A stretch of DNA of 63,851 nucleotides, counting the filler, from Octopus bimaculoides (taxonomy: Eukaryota): the NCBI RefSeq assembly GCF_001194135.2. It is 6 parts of 5 records of this genome, joined end to end, with 100 filler letters (N's around TTAATTAATTAA, not from the genome) between each part and the next. Parts side by side here need not be neighbours in the genome. Positions count along the whole stretch, not along the records: positions 1 to 14,271 come from NC_068988.1; positions 14,372 to 26,955 come from NC_068990.1; 4 more parts are not named here. One strand, written 5' to 3'. Below are positions 13,310 through 25,627 of the stretch, in pieces. The notes beneath the pieces are model-generated. The model searched no databases. It saw only the letters and a program-made list of their open reading frames with translations, and was not told where the DNA came from. Each line of letters starts with the position of its first letter. Positions within the stretch are counted from its first letter, which is position 1. Position numbers and translations under genes: made by a program.

Positions 13310-13490
13310 CACGCGAGACAAAATCCTTCACACCATATCGTCCGTTTTTGCCCTCTGAATTCAAATTCAGCGGTGATCGACTTCAACGTTCAGCGTTTTG
13401 TGGTCAATAAAATAAGTAACCAGATAACCACTGGAGTCGAGGTATTCAACGGGACTCCTTCCTCAAAATTCCAGTCTCGTGGTAGAAAGG
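13310..13490 (+). mobile_element. SINE family B, old degenerate copy
   Basis: TGAATTCAAATTC B-box-like motif, GTCAATAAAATAAGTAACCAG and CACTGGAGTCGA are collinear with 45728-45940. Confidence 0.6.
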
Positions 13491-14315
13491 AATATACATT
13501 AAACTAATCTCTTACTTCGGTGTGATTTAGAATGTAAACGTCTATATGCATCTCTCTCCTTATATAATCTTGTTTATTTGTGTTTCTTATTTTTTCTTTA
13601 CTTTTCAGTTTGTAAATGTGTATGAATATTTTCAAATCACGGAGCGTTATTTTTACTTGATATACTGATGTTTGCAGAGTCGATTGGGATTTTATGAAAG
13701 ATAATGATGCCTACAATATTATATTGTGTTTGAAATTGAAAACTCCTCGCTAAATTTATCTAACGCCTGTGCTTATTTTGTAAAATTAAAACAACGCAAT
13801 AATTTTAAGCATATAGAATACATTTTGATATTTAAATCTTCCCTGGTATATTATACGACTTTTGTGTCATATTGTTTCTAATTATAATGAAAGATTTTGC
13901 TGATGAGTAGAATTCATCAGGAATTATTTCAAAACAATGAGTTTGCTTTCAAATAATATACGCACGAATGATGCTTGTTATACATGAGAGACATGTTAAT
14001 TATAGTATATAAATTAACTAAATGTTCACATTTACTCGAGAAAGAAAATTAACGACTATGTAGATTGATATTTCAAGAATGCAAAACACGGAATAATATC
14101 TTGCAGCAAAGTCTGAAACTCAATCCAATATGAATGCCAACAATTTGTTTCCAATTAATAATTAATCGTACATTGAATGCTCAAAGAATTCGAGATTAAC
14201 AAGTGAGGCCCTTCACTATAGCAATATATACATACATACATACATATATATATATTTATATATATATATATNNNNNNNNNNNNNNNNNNNNNNNNNNNNN
14301 NNNNNNNNNNNNNNN

Positions 14316-14327
14316 TTAATTAATTAA
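14316..14327. other. Assembly spacer TTAATTAATTAA in a 100-bp gap (also at 27000-27011, 40718-40729, 51210-51221, 60281-60292)
   Basis: All five copies are identical and sit between 44 N and 44 N. The 12-mer is palindromic with stops in all six frames. Confidence 0.95.
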
Positions 14328-14371
14328 NNNNNNNNNNNNNNNNNNNNNNNNNNNNNNNNNNNNNNNNNNNN

Positions 14372-14417
<46 letters not shown>

Positions 14418-14699
14418 TATGTATGTATATATATATATATATTCAATGAATCATTAAAACATTACTGTTACGATGGCTGAAACCTTAATCAGGCAAGTTC
14501 GTGTGTATAATAAGGCGGACTTTTCATGACAGTTATTATTTCTAAATTGCATTTTCAAACCATAATGTATTCATGTCTGACTAAAGAGTGTAGAATTCAT
14601 ATATGAAATATCATATCTACACACATAAATATCTAACAGTATATACACCCACCGTGTAAAATCATGTATGTATGAATATATAAACCTCTGCATACTTAA

Positions 14700-14895
<196 letters not shown>

Positions 14896-15291
14896 TGCTT
14901 ATAATCAGGCGCGTGCACACACATGCACATACACACACACAAACAAGTATAATACAGACACACGTGCTTACACATACATATATATGCATCTACATTCATC
15001 TATTATATTTAAATTCACTAAAAACATATACATAAATGTATGTGAGTGTTTGTGTGTCCGTGTCTATATGTGTGTACAGCATATGCGTGTGACTTCAAAT
15101 TTACATCATAAATTAGTGTGTATACACGTACATAAATAAGTGCTTGTTTGCGCACGCGTGTTTGTCTGTGAGTGATCAAATTTACATTTCGCCGGTGGTA
15201 AAACTGATTCACTAATGCAATTTTTCGAGAAATGTTTGATGCAAATAATAATGAATATGTTTGCATATATATGTGTGCATATGCGCCTAGT

Positions 15292-15337
<46 letters not shown>

Positions 15338-16532
15338 TTACGTGTATGTATTATGTCTGTGTGCATCTAATTACTTACAAACATACCGATATGTGTGTGC
15401 ATGTGCGAGTTGGCGTCTATATCCATATGCATATGTATGTGAGTGTGTATTTGTGTTGAGGTGTATATGCGTTTATATTTCTATATACAAACGCGAGTAC
15501 ATATATATAAATGTATATGTATATGTGTATGTATACACATGGAGAGAGAGAGAGACAGATAAAGATATAGAGAGGCGTATATATTGCGTGGTATGGTAGA
15601 CAGACGTTACTACCATATCTAGTATATATACACTTTGAAAGGCACGATGCTGTGTTTTTGTCAGAGAAAACCTCTTCATAGACATGCTGTGTTATGAACA
15701 ATATCAGAGCAAGGCGAAGATAACCAAGTTCAGTTGAGTCTTCTTTGTCCTTGTTAATGAAGTGTACCCAGTCGTTCAATGCTGTATATACGCTAATGAT
15801 TGCACACAGACGATTATTTTGACTTAATATTATATCATTAGCATACACTGGGTTTATTTTATTTCGGCAAGTTTTCCGAAATATCAGTGAATGTTCGCTA
15901 TATAATAGAGTGGACAAGTTTTTTTCTGCGCATATTATCAAAGCTACAAACGTCATTGAAAAAGCCTTAGAAGGCGGCAACACATCTACGTGATATTCTC
16001 ACGAGTTATTATTGGGGAACAGTGTTGGCTTCGCTCCAATATCTATATCTATATTGGAGTGCCTATGTGGCATACGAGTTAATCTCCCTACATTGTGAGC
16101 ACGACCAGGAAATTTAGCGTTCGAGTCAAAGTATGTATGTGTACATACACGTCAATTAAAAAAAAAAACACCTTAAAAAGTGACAGACCAAGGATTTTAA
16201 GGCATTCGTCAGTAGCACTTAACGCAACAGATGCAATCTCAGAATCCTGGAGGTCCACCTTATCAATAAACTGAGACCAACAATAAAGAACAGAAATACC
16301 TACATGAAGCAGACTGATTATTAGAAGGACACCACACTGCACATGTCATCTTACTCCCCAACAATTCTCCATCCTTCACTTTCACACACGTCCTGAAGAA
16401 CAGTTCATAGCCTTGAAATATAGAACTATAACGTAAAAGTACAACTTCGTTTTCACTTATTTCTTTAATACACTTTACCTTATATCTTTGCACATTGTTT
16501 CAGCCTCGCCAAAATTTCTCCATCTTAATATA

Positions 16533-17328
16533 CGAGATGCATTCAAAAAATATCCGACTTTATTTATTCCAGCAAATCTAATGTCACGTGCACAAAATCC
16601 TTTGGGTTGAAGGTGACGCCAAACTTCCTGTATAGATAGTTTCAACTCACCTCGCATAAACCGTTAGATAGGTAGATAGATAGGTATATATGTACACACA
16701 CACAAACACACACTATCTATATCTATATTTGATCAAATAACTGTTGCCATAGTAACAGAGGTAAGGAACGCAGAGTAAAGCCGCTTGGCACACATTGACT
16801 TTAGATACTGCTGTGCATGCACACTAAGTTTTAACATCCTAACTCACTTCTGTTGTTTAAAGCAGTGTTTGGAAGGAACATGTGTAGCGTGTGGTCGTCA
16901 TATTGAAAATGACAGAGAAACTTGTCATGGCGATACCTGCTCAGAGGCCAACGCAAAATTGCAGAAAGTGTATAGAGAGATGTGTATGAGCCGCAGACAA
17001 GTGTACGAATGGTTCAGACGTTTTCAAGATGGTCAAAGAAATGTAGATAGTGATGAACGTTGTGGGACACCTGCAACCAGTAGAACTGAGAGAAACATTG
17101 CAGAAGTGCGTGTGCAGCAGTGAGGGAAAAACGTCAAATCACCATCCGTGAGTTATCAAAGGATGTGCAGGTTAGTTACAGTTCAGTTCAGTCCATTATC
17201 ACTGAAGATTTGGGTATGAGACGCGTGTCTGCCAAGTTTATGCCAAAACTATTTTCAACTGATCAAAAGACACTCGGGTATCAGTTGCACAAGATCTTGA
17301 TTGTGTCGAGAACGATGAAAAGTTTTTG
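16533..17328 (+). mobile_element. Mariner-family DNA transposon, 5' fragment (left TIR plus transposase N-terminus, frameshifted)
   Basis: TA|CGAGATGCATTCAAAAAATATCCG is TIR-like. The translation LQKVYREMCMSRRQVYEWFRRFQDGQRNVDSDERCGTPATSRTERNIAEV / REKRQITIRELSKDVQVSYSSVQSIITEDLGMRRVSAKFMPKL matches the mariner HTH region and WVPxxL-type linker. No catalytic domain is present. Confidence 0.9.
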
Positions 17329-17558
17329 AAATATATATATATATATATAGTAGTAAGCGGCTGATATGGAGAACAAAAGCTTGAGAGGATACAAGATACA
17401 GCAACTTATTGGCATCGAGAATTACAGAATGTTTCCATTCTGAAGTTGCTAAAGAAATTCGATTAGCTGATTATTTCAACATAGCTCACTATTAGCAACT
17501 ATATGCGAATTAAAACCAAAGTGAGCGAGTGGAACAAGCAAAATGTACGCTACAATTA

Positions 17559-17623
17559 TTTCTTAACTAGCTGCAGCTCATGATACGTAAGTATTGCACC
17601 TTGAGATTCAGCTAGTTAAGAAA
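17559..17623. repeat. 65-bp mini inverted repeat (15-bp perfect arms)
   Basis: TTTCTTAACTAGCTG (17559-17573) and CAGCTAGTTAAGAAA (17609-17623). Confidence 0.9.
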
Positions 17624-17813
17624 CATATGTAGTATACATTTTCCCCGTTCTACACCCTCATTTTGGATTTATATGTACGTATATATGTATTTATGTTGAT
17701 ATATATATATAAATATATAAATATATATATNNNNNNNNNNNNNNNNNNNNNNNNNNNNNNNNNNNNNNNNNNNNNNNNNNNNNNNNNNNNNNNNNNNNNN
17801 NNNNNNNNNNNNN

Positions 17814-17848
<35 letters not shown>

Positions 17849-17986
17849 GTGTGTATGTATGTGTGTGTATAAATATATATATATACGTGCACACATACAC
17901 ACACAAACACGCACGCACACATATATATATATACATATATGTATACTTTCATGTATGTATATATACATGTATGCGCATGTGTGCGT

Positions 17987-18021
<35 letters not shown>

Positions 18022-18409
18022 ATTTTAGGATTTGGACTCTTCACTGTGCGCTGAAAACAGATTTTGTTTTACTTGGTAACGGTCAACTTTCCATTTCAGG
18101 GTCATATCAACAAACTAGATAAATAATTGAACAATTGATTGCTTAATTTCTTTGTCAAACGTCAAAAAACAAGAGCGACTCATTTAATGAACGATGATTC
18201 ATTGGTAGTCATACCTTTCGTCCAATCTTTATTCCCTCTTAGTTCTGTATTGCCGATTGGAATTTTGGGAAGAAGGTTTCTATTTTCTTGTATTTATATT
18301 GTAGAAATCGTCTTCCCAGAATAGCACAAAGAATGCTGCGTTTGTGCCTGTGTTTGTCTTTATGTATCTGTGTGTGTATGCATTGTATAGTTAAGTATAT
18401 TTACATACT

Positions 18410-18442
<33 letters not shown>

Positions 18443-18451
18443 ATGTATATA

Positions 18452-18498
<47 letters not shown>

Positions 18499-18660
18499 AT
18501 GTATATATATATTCATATACACATATATGTATTTGTATGTATATTTGTATATACATATATACTGATATATATATAAAATAAAGGATAAAATCTTTAAAAA
18601 TTTTAGCAGTGGCCAGCATATAAAAATAGACCTATTAAAGTGAAGTGATATTTATAATTA

Positions 18661-19188
18661 TAATTAAGGACATAGAAAATATATGGCTTATATGCTGAAA
18701 ATAGATGTTAAATCGTCCAACCACTTTAGATCACCACAAAATTACACGCGTGTTGAAATCGAGGGAGTAAACTAAAGTAAATTCATAAAAATCCAGTTTG
18801 CTCTGGAGTGGTCAATTTCTGGATTAGCCTAATGGCTTTTCCTCATCACCGGAGCATACGTGGGGAAATAATTGAGATATTTATACATTCCCACAGTCAA
18901 GCAAACGCAAAGCGATGATTACACATAAATACCACAAATACATCCAGATCGAATTTCGTAGCCTATCTCAGCACTGTCCCGAAGTGAATATGCTCTGCTG
19001 ACGTGGAAAAGCCATTAGGCTAATCCAGAAATTGATCAATCCAGAACTAACTGTATTTTTAGGAATTTCCTTTAGCTTACTCTCTCGATTTCAAAACAAG
19101 TGTAATTTTGTGACAATTTAAACTGGTTGGACAATTTAGCGTCTCTTTTTCAGCATATAGGCTAAATTTTTGTATGCCCTTATAATTA
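18661..19188. mobile_element. Foldback MITE-like element with ~200-bp imperfect TIRs and ~130-bp spacer
   Basis: The left arm 18661-18858 is the reverse complement of the right arm 18989-19188. A 31-bp core is perfect: TCAATTTCTGGATTAGCCTAATGGCTTTTCC (18812-18842 versus 19005-19035). Both ends lie in TA/TAATTA context. Confidence 0.85.
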
Positions 19189-19204
19189 TTCCTTATTCTT
19201 TCTT

Positions 19205-19396
19205 TTCTTTTATTCTATTACTTGTCTCAGTCATTTGACTGCGGCCATGCTGGAGCACCGCCTTTAGTCGAGCAAATCTACCCCAGGACTTATTCTTTGT
19301 AAGCCTGGTTCTTATTCTATCGGTCTCTTTTGCCGAACCGCTAGATTACGAAGACGTAAACACACCAGCACCGGTTGTTAAGCGATGTTAGGGGGA

Positions 19397-19452
<56 letters not shown>
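19205..19452 (-). mobile_element. SINE family A, 3' part running into its internal (CA)n
   Basis: Near-identical to 63445-63620 (CAGTCATTTGACTGCGGCCATGCTGGAGCACCGCCTTTAGTCGAGCAAATC...TTTTGCCGAACCGC). Confidence 0.9.
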
Positions 19453-20059
19453 NNNNNNNNNNNNNNNNNNNNNNNNNNNNNNNNNNNNNNNNNNNNNNNN
19501 NNNNNNNNNNNNNNNNNNNNNNNNNNNNNNNNNNNNNNNNNNNNNNNNNNNNNNNNNNNNNNNNNNNNNNNNNNNNNNNNNNNNNNNNNNNNNNNNNNNN
19601 NNNNNNNNNNNNNNNNNNNNNNNNNNNNNNNNNNNNNNNNNNNNNNNNNNNNNNNNNNNNNNNNNNNNNNNNNNNNNNNNNNNNNNNNNNNNNNNNNNNN
19701 NNNNNNNNNNNNNNNNNNNNNNNNNNNNNNNNNNNNNNNNNNNNNNNNNNNNNNNNNNNNNNNNNNNNNNNNNNNNNNNNNNNNNNNNNNNNNNNNNNNN
19801 NNNNNNNNNNNNNNNNNNNNNNNNNNNNNNNNNNNNNNNNNNNNNNNNNNNNNNNNNNNNNNNNNNNNNNNNNNNNNNNNNNNNNNNNNNNNNNNNNNNN
19901 NNNNNNNNNNNNNNNNNNNNNNNNNNNNNNNNNNNNNNNNNNNNNNNNNNNNNNNNNNNNNNNNNNNNNNNNNNNNNNNNNNNNNNNNNNNNNNNNNNNN
20001 NNNNNNNNNNNNNNNNNNNNNNNNNNNNNNNNNNNNNNNNNNNNNNNNNNNNNNNNNNN

Positions 20060-20144
<85 letters not shown>

Positions 20145-20435
20145 ATGTGTGTGTGTGTGCGTGTATGTATGTATATATGTATATGTATATATATAAAGAT
20201 ATATAGATAGATAAAGATATATATACATACATATATATGTGTATATATGTGTGTATGTGTGTGTATGTGCGTGTGCACTTGCGTGCGTGCGTGTGTGTCT
20301 ATACATACATGTATACATACACATATACATACATACACATACAGTCTAACATATGCACATACCTAATATGTGTGTCAATATTTCCATAAAATTACATTAG
20401 TTAATCAAATTTTTACGAGAGGACATGTGAAGTCG

Positions 20436-20475
<40 letters not shown>

Positions 20476-20567
20476 CGCACACGCACACACACACATACAC
20501 ACATGCTTACATATATATATGTGCATATGTGTATGCAAGTATGTACATGTACGTATATGTACATATG

Positions 20568-20600
<33 letters not shown>

Positions 20601-21177
20601 GTTTATGTGTATGTATTTATATATAAATATGCACTCTTCCCCCTCACATAATGTTAAACACGAATTTTTGAGAAAAATATAATAGCTTAATAGTTGCCGC
20701 AATTTAATTTGGAATCGACAGATTTTAATAGTGATGTATGAGTGCATGTAAATTGAACCACGCCGTATCTTTTGAGAATGTTCTTTTTTTATGCCTGGAG
20801 TCAAATCGTAGTTCAGATTAAATGTAATTTGTCTGATTTGGAGTAAAGTTCACCTTAATATATGTCTCTTGTTAATACACGAGATATCAGAAGAACTAAC
20901 GAAAACAGGGAGTTGATTTCGTTTAGAGTTTCACCTCTTCAGTTTTATCACGATTCAACGAGAAAGCTTCTACTTTGTTACTCGTCCACCTAGGAATAAA
21001 AGTCAAATTTCCCTTTAAAAAATGAAGGATATTCTGGATAAAGCAATTCCGAATAAGTCGTTCCTAAAGAATTTCTACTGCTGGGCTATGTACCTGGTCA
21101 CTTTTTACAATTCATTTTCTACCGTCTTTTATGCATAACCGGATTGTTCAATATAGACATAAATATTGATTTCAAAT

Positions 21178-21312
21178 TTTGGCACAAGGCCAGCAATATC
21201 GGGGAGTATTAAGTCGATTGCTTCAACTCCAGTTCACAACTGGTACTTATTTTATCGATCCCGAAAGGATGAAAGCTAAAGTCGACCTCGACGGAATTTG
21301 AACTCAGAACTT
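21178..21312 (-). mobile_element. SINE family B, 3' two-thirds
   Basis: ACTGGTACTTATTTTATCGATCCCGAAAGGATGAAAGCTAAAGTCGACCTCGACGGAATTTGAACTCAGAAC is the reverse complement of the family B body. Confidence 0.85.
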
Positions 21313-21352
21313 GAACATATATAGAAATAAATATTGACATAACTTCCATTAG

Positions 21353-21545
21353 GAAAGGCGCGAAGCCTAACAGTTAGGGTCTTGCACTCACGACTGGAAG
21401 ATCGTGGTTTCTATTACCGGATCAGGTGGTGCACTGCGTTCTTGAGCAAAATGCATCATTTCATCTTTGCTCTATTCCACCCAGCTGTAAATGAGTAACC
21501 TCGCGACGGATGGTCACCCCCTCTAAGGGAATTTTGTGATCTCGG
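21353..21545 (+). mobile_element. tRNA-derived CORE-like SINE (family C head)
   Basis: tRNA-like head GAAAGGCGCGAAGCCTAACAGTTAGG, followed by GCGTTCTTGAGCAAAATGC (CORE-like GTCCTTGAGCAAGACAC) and CCAGCTGTAAATGAGTA. Confidence 0.6.
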
Positions 21546-21777
21546 TCATAAAAAACCGTGTAACAGGGGTCGGATGAATCCTAGGACAAAGGGAAATAGT
21601 GTCCAAAGGTTGATGATGATATAACTTCGATTTAAGTGTTTCAATGATTTAATAAACCCGGTAGCACGTTTACCTACTCTAGAATATGTGTACCTTCGGC
21701 TCTCAAGGCGTTCGTCCGCCTTTGACATGGTTGATTTTTATTTCGAATCTTGCTGAATTCGCACACAACGGGTCATC

Positions 21778-22143
21778 TTTTACATGTTTTAGTTACTGGA
21801 TTGCGACCATGCTGGAGCACTGCCTTGAAGAGTTTTATTTGAACAATCAACCCCAGTACGTAAGCTTTTTGTACACGTATTTAATGTATCGGACACCTTT
21901 GCCGAGCCACTACGTTACAAGGACGTAAAAAGATATCAAGCGGATTGTGTGAAATCAATACTAACACAAAGACACACATATACGCATATACACAGCAGGC
22001 TTCCACACAGTTTCTGTCTACGAAATTTATTTACATAGAATGGTCAACCCGAGACAGTAGTAGAATACACTTGCCCAAAGTGTCACGCAGTGAGACTGAA
22101 CCCGAAACCACTTTGTTACAAATCGAGTTTCTTCAACTACACA
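21778..22143 (-). mobile_element. SINE family A, degenerate full-length copy
   Basis: Tail GACCATGCTGGAGCACTGCC, TTTGCCGAGCCACTA, internal CA-rich stretch and head ACACTTGCCCAAAGTGTCACGCAGTGAGACTGAACCCG are collinear with 63445-63831. Confidence 0.8.
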
Positions 22144-22995
22144 CTCTTTTATCAAAGGTCTACGCGAGGAATGCCGGTTTGGCGGGATGGCAGATATCTA
22201 TACAACAACAAACTCAACACCAACCTGATATGTAATTGTAATACGGACAAAAAAAGAAAATACCACACCAAAGCAATAATATTGATAAGAGCAATGCTCT
22301 CTGAGACAGATCTACATAAAAAATAATAAATGAACATTAATTTGTAAACAACGTCAATTGGAAAGCGATATATTTCTTAATTGGTATGTCCTATTAGCCA
22401 ATTAATAAAATGATTAGTCTTTTAATTAGTATAATTGACGCCTTTACAACAACTCCGGACTTGCTCCATCTGTATCTGATGTTAAATCTACTTAAGAGTG
22501 GAGGACAGTAGAATGGATGGGGGCTGAGTTTACGCACCTTTACGTTCTGAGATCAAATCTCAACAGAAGCCTTTGTTTTAGAGTCGTTGAAGTCAGTTCC
22601 AGTTAAGTACTGGAATCGATTTAATTAATTGTTTCTTGTACTGAATGCCTGATTTGGTTCCAATGTTAGAATTGTTATTGCATACATGTAAAAGTTTCGT
22701 ATTCTCTCTGATGTCATTTTGGGGGTATTAATTGAACAAACACTCATTGATATTTGATAGGGGTTGTTAGGGGTACTAGCTTGGAGACAAAATTCTTTAC
22801 AGTATCTAGCTATGTCCTTTCACTATCTGAGAATGGGATCAAATCTTACACCTGTCCACTCTATCTTTCAAGCTCCTGGGTCGATAAAATAAATGTATTC
22901 TTGCGTTCGACGTAATTGACTGCTACTCTCATTTAAAGCTGATGGTTCTCTAACCTAACATGTAACCGATATTTGGCAGAGTACTCTTGACCACG

Positions 22996-23215
22996 TTTTA
23001 GATATCGGAGATTACAAATATGCAAAAAAAACTCACCGTTTCAAATTCCCCCACTCTCCCCCTACCTCATTATAAATTTTGAACTTTTTCGAATTTTTTT
23101 TAAACCACCTTTTCCAAATTTAAAACCCCTACCTCAACCTCACCTTCCCCCAAATTTTAAATTTTACAAATATCACCCCCACCCCTCCGGTGGACCTGTC
23201 GCACAGTAACCCCTC

Positions 23216-23246
<31 letters not shown>

Positions 23247-23420
23247 ACACACATAAAACAGACCGCTCCGATTTTTGCTATATTCAGCGGATTCCTACGT
23301 TTTCGATGACGGAGATTCCGAATATGTAGGAAACCACGTTTTCAAAATTCTAAATTCCCCCACCACCAAATTTGAAAAGGAGGGGTGGATTTCCATATTC
23401 CTAATCTCCGATATCTAAAA
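22996..23420. mobile_element. Probable non-autonomous DNA element bounded by 27-bp inverted repeats, with an internal (CA)n
   Basis: TTTTAGATATCGGAGATTACAAATATG (22996-23022) versus CATATTCCTAATCTCCGATATCTAAAA (23394-23420), 25/27 complementary. Family unknown. Confidence 0.5.
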
Positions 23421-23654
23421 CTTAGGAATCCGAAAAGAGCTTTCAAGAAAATGCATTTTTCAAAGAGGGTGCGATTCTGCATTAGTTCCCCAAAAGAAAA
23501 TGCCTCATTCAAGTCTTGGAAATCTTTCTAGAACAATGTTGTGGTTGCGTAACCGGGTCAATTATTTCTGCTTGTAGCTCAAATTGTCACCATTATCATA
23601 ACATCCGCAATGCATATAATTCTGAGATTAAACAAACCAGCGAAGAGGACGCTT

Positions 23655-23845
23655 TGCAGTCACGTGACCTGCTGTAAACTGCAGCTAAATATCACTCAAA
23701 ATCCAAATTATCGTCATAAAAATGGAGATATACATTGGATAGTGTAGACTTACATACCTATTGCTTGAGATAATGATTGTGGCTGAAATGCATTTGATCA
23801 GAAGGCAGCTCTGTCAATATTAACCTAAGAGATAAACAACAACTT
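23655..23845 (+). mobile_element. Interspersed repeat family D (SINE-tail-like), degenerate
   Basis: GTGACCTGCTG...GCAGCTAAATATCACTCAA and ...TTTGATCAGAAGG...TAAACAACAAC resemble the reverse complement of 40040-40195. Confidence 0.45.
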
Positions 23846-25221
23846 TAGAAGAGACAATATCTGTTTCTGACATTGTTATGATGTAAACTCATTATTCATT
23901 TAATTTTGATGGTTAATCCTTTAATTATTGAATATCCACTCACACATAACGCACAAACACACGCACGCATGCACTCGTTCCTTCACGAGAAACACTAACT
24001 TAATGTACACCAAACTGCAAACTTTTGTATAAAGCTAGTTACAATGTGGTACTTAATTTCAGGTCTTTACCGCCTCAATTAACTCGAATGAATTCATTAA
24101 TACTGTTAGAAATGTTGCAGATGAGGACGGAGTTTTAGTAATTGAATGTTGTGACGTTGATGTCTTTCTCATTTGTATTAAGTAATTGAATAACGTAAAC
24201 CGAAACCAAAACGGTTAACGAATTAGATATTGTAAACTGAAACTAGGCCGAGAACTCAATTCCACAAGAAGTTGCTACTCCCACGCTATGTTTCTTCCAA
24301 CTACTATCGTTGGTGAATCCATAGGGACATATGGATAAAATATCTGATAAGCAATGTTTCGTGTCAGTGCAAGAATTGATCAGTAAAAACAAGACCGCAA
24401 ATATAGGACAATGTTTTTCTATGTTCACTCATCCGGTAAAGGATTAATAGGAAGGCCGCCGGCGCATGAATCTACGATTATATTTCATAGATTTGCATGC
24501 TGCATTTACGCACGAGTTGATTTGTGAAATGTTTGTAACTTTGACAGCCGTGCTTATTTTCCTTTGCCGAATTATCTAAAGTAATTTATCTGCAAATTAA
24601 CGTGGAGCTCGGAGAAAATAAAATTCCTCGAGAACGAAAAACCTGCTCGGTAAAACTATTTTTAATTAGAAATTTACCTGAATATTCACTTATTGAAACA
24701 CAGAAAGAAGCTTTTGTGAGAATTCTATTTACTGATTTTCTTTTATCATTCCGTTATCATCATCATTTCCATCATTAATCCATTAAAATGATGTTGCATA
24801 TTTCCGATGCATCAATGGATTCGCTTGCATGTGACTCAACTATACAGTTAATATTCTTATTCATTTTTATTTCATATCTACTCGCGTGCTTGCGTGTATA
24901 TTCGTAAATGTCTGTGTATGTATGTGCCTCTGCTAATGTGTGTAAACCTAACACTAATTTATCTCGTGTAGATAGCTGGCCAATTTTTCTTTCTAATACC
25001 TGTTTGTCAATCCGTTTGCACTTACATTTCACTGGGATGGTTCATAGCTTGTTTTTCTTCTTTATAAAACCTATCTACTCATGACACCGTAAATAATTAC
25101 TAACGTATTGTTAATTTTGTTGCTCTTGTTTTTGTCGTGTGCCTTTCGTTGAAATTCTGCACCGACTTACACATTTTGAGTAGTGTAATTCTCTTCTCTT
25201 GTAAATGCATGTAATTTCCTT

Positions 25222-25287
<66 letters not shown>

Positions 25288-25584
25288 TTTTTTCTACATT
25301 GGAATAGAACTTTCCATATCCATCAACATAAACTTTCTCATTCATAAAGCCTGTATGTTCTGAAAATGTAACTTTCCCAAATAAAGTGCAGTTCGTATTC
25401 AAGATCTGATGAAGCTATAGGATGTTATCCGGTACTCAACTAAGTGTCTACTACATCTGATAGCAGAAACAGATGTAAACTAATGAAGTTCATTACATAA
25501 CATTTGGTTTTTTTTTTCTGGTATCATCTCTGTTTTCTATTACCACTCTATACTCACATAACATTATGTTCTGGACCATATGTA

Positions 25585-25627
25585 CATTGAGTTCTACACC
25601 ATTGAGTTCTACACCATTGAGTTCTAC
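25585..25627. repeat. 15-bp tandem repeat CATTGAGTTCTACAC x~2.9
   Basis: Direct inspection. Confidence 0.9.

Noticed and set aside
15417-15983. 188-aa minus-strand ORF
   Set aside because: The last third is microsatellite, and the remainder shows no recognisable motif or convincing splice signals.
23760-23772. TATTGCTTGAGA resembles miR-137
   Set aside because: It diverges after 12 nt, lies in a repeat remnant, and has no precursor stem.
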